37,640 nt of DNA from Streptosporangiaceae bacterium (GTDB lineage Bacteria; Actinomycetota; Actinomycetes; Streptosporangiales; Streptosporangiaceae). Where the stretch lies: positions 1 through 37,640 of the forward strand of contig DATFVJ010000265.1 in assembly GCA_035260365.1 (NCBI GenBank), given 5' to 3'. Below are positions 35,766 to 37,640 of this stretch, in pieces. Both the position numbers and the translations under genes were made by a program. Below the pieces are notes generated by a model, which ran no database searches, was not told the origin of the DNA, and saw only the letters and a program-made list of their open reading frames with translations. The first letter of the stretch is position 1. The number at the start of each line of letters is the position of its first letter.

Positions 35766-36686
35766 ATGGCTACGACCGGACAGGGAGCTTTGCCCGCCAT
35801 GGGTTCATCAAAACCCGCCATGGGTTCATCAAAAGCCGTCAACGGCGTGGGTCAGCTGGTACCGCCGCACAGTTTGTTTCCCTATCGGCCCGTGTCAGCG
35901 GCCTTGGCCATCACGCCGAGCGTGAGCGTGGTCATACCGGCGCTGAACGAGGCGCGCAATATCCCGCACGTGTTCGCCACGCTGCCCTGGTGGGTGGACG
36001 AGGTCGTGCTGGTCGACGGGCATTCCACGGACGACACGGTCGCGGTGGCGCGGGGAATCCGCCCGGATATCAAGGTCGTGACGCAGCAGGGTGCCGGCAA
36101 GGGCGACGCGCTGCTCGCGGGCTTCGCCGCGTGCACCGGCGACATCATCGTGATGATCGACGGGGACGGCTCGACCGACGGCAGCGAGATCGTCCTGTTC
36201 GTTAGCGCGCTCGTGGCCGGCGCCGACTTCGCCAAGGGATCACGTTTCGCAAGCGGCGGCAGGAGCGACGACATCACGGTTGGCCGCCGCTACGGGAACA
36301 GAATGCTCAACGTCCTGGTCAACCGCATGTTCGGTACTCATTACACCGATCTGTGCTACGGCTACAACGCTGTTTGGGCGCGCCACCTGGGCGCGATGGC
36401 GGTCGACTGCGCGGGGTTCGAGGTGGAGACGCTGATGAGCATCCGCGCGGCCAAGGCCGGGCTGTGGATCCAGGAGATCCCCAGCTATGAACGGCCCCGC
36501 CTGTACGGTACGAGCAACCTGCGGGCGATCAGGGACGGCTTGCGGATCCTCAAAGTGATCCTGCGGGAACGGTTCGGTGACCGCCGTCGGCGCGCCGCGG
36601 CTCTCGACCCGGTGCCGGCCGAAAGCCAGTGGCCGCTGCGGCCCGCGGTCGTGGCGGTCCGCGAAGCCGATCAGGACGTCACGTGA
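35766..36686 (+). CDS. GT2-family glycosyltransferase
   Basis: The sequence VSVVIPALNEARNI...VVLVDGHSTDDT...GKGDAL...IIVMIDGDGSTD contains a GT-A fold DxD. The N-terminus carries a perfect PAMGSSK duplication. Confidence 0.88.
   Translation: MATTGQGALPAMGSSKPAMGSSKAVNGVGQLVPPHSLFPYRPVSAALAITPSVSVVIPALNEARNIPHVFATLPWWVDEVVLVDGHSTDDTVAVARGIRPDIKVVTQQGAGKGDALLAGFAACTGDIIVMIDGDGSTDGSEIVLFVSALVAGADFAKGSRFASGGRSDDITVGRRYGNRMLNVLVNRMFGTHYTDLCYGYNAVWARHLGAMAVDCAGFEVETLMSIRAAKAGLWIQEIPSYERPRLYGTSNLRAIRDGLRILKVILRERFGDRRRRAAALDPVPAESQWPLRPAVVAVREADQDVT
35793..35834. repeat. Perfect 21-bp tandem duplication (CCCGCCATGGGTTCATCAAAA x2)
   Basis: Copies at 35793-35813 and 35814-35834 are identical and in frame in the GT2 N-terminus. 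Each copy contains an in-frame ATG. Confidence 0.95.
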
Positions 36687-37640
36687 CCGCGGCCGCCGTC
36701 GCGCGGTCAGGCGGGGCGCCCGGCCCGGCGACGGGTCCAGCGGACTCGGCGCACGCATCGGCTGCCACGGGCGTGCGACCGGTGCCAGCGCCTGGCGGTG
36801 GGCCAGATATTTCCGTGGTCATCTGTGCGCATACCGAGCAGCGGTGGGCTGACACGTTGGCCGCGGTGGCGTCGGTGCGGGCGCAGAGCCTTGCGGCCCG
36901 GGAGATCATCGTGGTGGTCGATCACAACCCGGTGCTGTTGGGGCGGCTGAGGGCGGCGCTGGGTGATGTGACCGTGGTGGAGAACCGCGCGGGGCGGGGT
37001 CTTTCTGGTGGCAAGAACACGGGTGTGGCGGTGGCCCGGGGCGAGATCGTGGCGTTTCTTGACGATGACGCGGTCGCGGAGCCGGACTGGCTGAGGTTTT
37101 TCGCCGATTGTTACGCCGATGCGGGGGTGCTGGGCGTGGGTGGGCGGACGCTGCCGCTGTGGGCGGCCGGGCGGCCGTGGTGGTTTCCCCGGGAGTTCGA
37201 CTGGGTGGTCGGGTGCACGTATGTGGGCATGCCGGCGGGCCGGGCGCCGGTGCGGAACGTGCTGGGTGGTAATGCGTCGTTCCGGCGCGGGGTGTTCGGG
37301 GTGGTCGGCGGGTTCAGCAGCGGGATCGGGCGGTCGGCGGGCAAGCGGCCGCTGGGGTGTGAGGAGACCGAGTTTTGTATCCGGCTGGGTCAGCGGGTGC
37401 CCGGTGGGGTGGTGTTGTTCGATGACCGGGCGGTGATTTGGCATCGGGTGCCGGCGGCGCGGTGCCGGTTTTCTTATTTCCGGGCCCGGTGTTTTGCGGA
37501 GGGTTTGTCGAAGGCGCTGGTGACGGAGAGTGTCGGCGTCGGCGATGGGTTGTCGTCGGAGCGCCGGTATGTCACGAGGACGCTGCCGCGGGGGGTGGCC
37601 CGCGGGGTGGCGGACGCGTGCCGGGGGCGGGGGTCGGGGC
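36683..37640 (+). CDS. GT2-family glycosyltransferase, 3' end off the window
   Basis: The gene is not in the ORF track because it is open to the window edge. My translation from GTG 36683 (GTGA overlap with the previous stop) gives ...ISVVICAHTEQRWADTLAAVASV...IIVVVDHNPVLL...NRAGRGLSGGKNTGVAVARGEIVAFLDDDAVAEPDWL...GGNASFRR...LGCEETEFCIRL. This is a typical GT2 sequence with a DDD motif. Confidence 0.85.
   Translation, partial: MTAAAVARSGGAPGPATGPADSAHASAATGVRPVPAPGGGPDISVVICAHTEQRWADTLAAVASVRAQSLAAREIIVVVDHNPVLLGRLRAALGDVTVVENRAGRGLSGGKNTGVAVARGEIVAFLDDDAVAEPDWLRFFADCYADAGVLGVGGRTLPLWAAGRPWWFPREFDWVVGCTYVGMPAGRAPVRNVLGGNASFRRGVFGVVGGFSSGIGRSAGKRPLGCEETEFCIRLGQRVPGGVVLFDDRAVIWHRVPAARCRFSYFRARCFAEGLSKALVTESVGVGDGLSSERRYVTRTLPRGVARGVADACRGRGSG

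Noticed and set aside
21991-37444. Other long shadow ORFs: 21991-23505 (+), 24642-26069 (+), 27458-28735 (-), 29832-30800 (-), 31000-32106 (+), 32630-33682 (+), 34872-35705 (-) and 36707-37444 (-).
   Set aside because: Each lies opposite a gene with clear motifs (CocE/NonD, CHAD, M55, S9, LuxR/HK, RR2, dehydrogenase-like, GT2), and none has a recognisable domain.

Overview
This is a 37.6 kb chromosomal segment from a high-G+C actinobacterium. Spot counts give about 72-80% G+C in most genes, real frames have very high GC3, and there are many GTGA start/stop couplings. All calls come from reading the ORF translations and the DNA by eye. No database search was possible, so family names rest on recognised motifs. 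Left to right, the window contains the following. (1) Carbohydrate genes: glgX, cut by the window edge and absent from the ORF track, and a 913-aa GH63-like glucosidase, followed by a divergent MIP/aquaporin. (2) DUF2252 and an EamA transporter. (3) A GlxA/AraC regulator coupled to a NUDIX hydrolase. (4) A secreted protein of unknown function. (5) A D-amino-acid-oxidase-like flavoprotein convergent with arginine deiminase (arcA). (6) A roughly 3.9 kb lower-G+C islet (about 14.15-18.04 kb). It carries a beta-class SPPY (N4-cytosine-type) DNA methyltransferase, read divergently from a stand-alone winged-helix protein and an XRE-HTH::PD-(D/E)xK-like nuclease fusion, followed by a DUF397 gene and an orphan ORF. 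The 64-bp divergent promoter holds three ACCGGTA boxes at exact 13-bp spacing. (7) A secreted four-repeat protein with an OmpR-type response regulator and a histidine kinase. (8) A CocE/NonD hydrolase. (9) An operon of CYTH-CHAD, an orphan ParA-like ATPase and a VOC protein. (10) An MFS transporter, an M55 peptidase and an S9 oligopeptidase-B-like peptidase. (11) A LuxR-RR / sensor-less mini histidine kinase / LuxR-RR locus whose intergenic and terminal regions are packed with short tandem repeat arrays. (12) The start of a glycan-type cluster: a SAM methyltransferase, a truncated and catalytically degenerate nucleotide-sugar dehydrogenase homologue, and two GT2 glycosyltransferases, the last running off the window. 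The best candidate for an undescribed system is the atypical restriction-modification-like islet (MTase + wHTH + XRE-nuclease + DUF397). The second candidate is the translationally coupled CYTH-CHAD/ParA pair, a possible polyphosphate-granule positioning module. The third is the repeat-saturated LuxR/HK/LuxR locus. The many long ORFs antisense to real genes are treated as high-GC artefacts.
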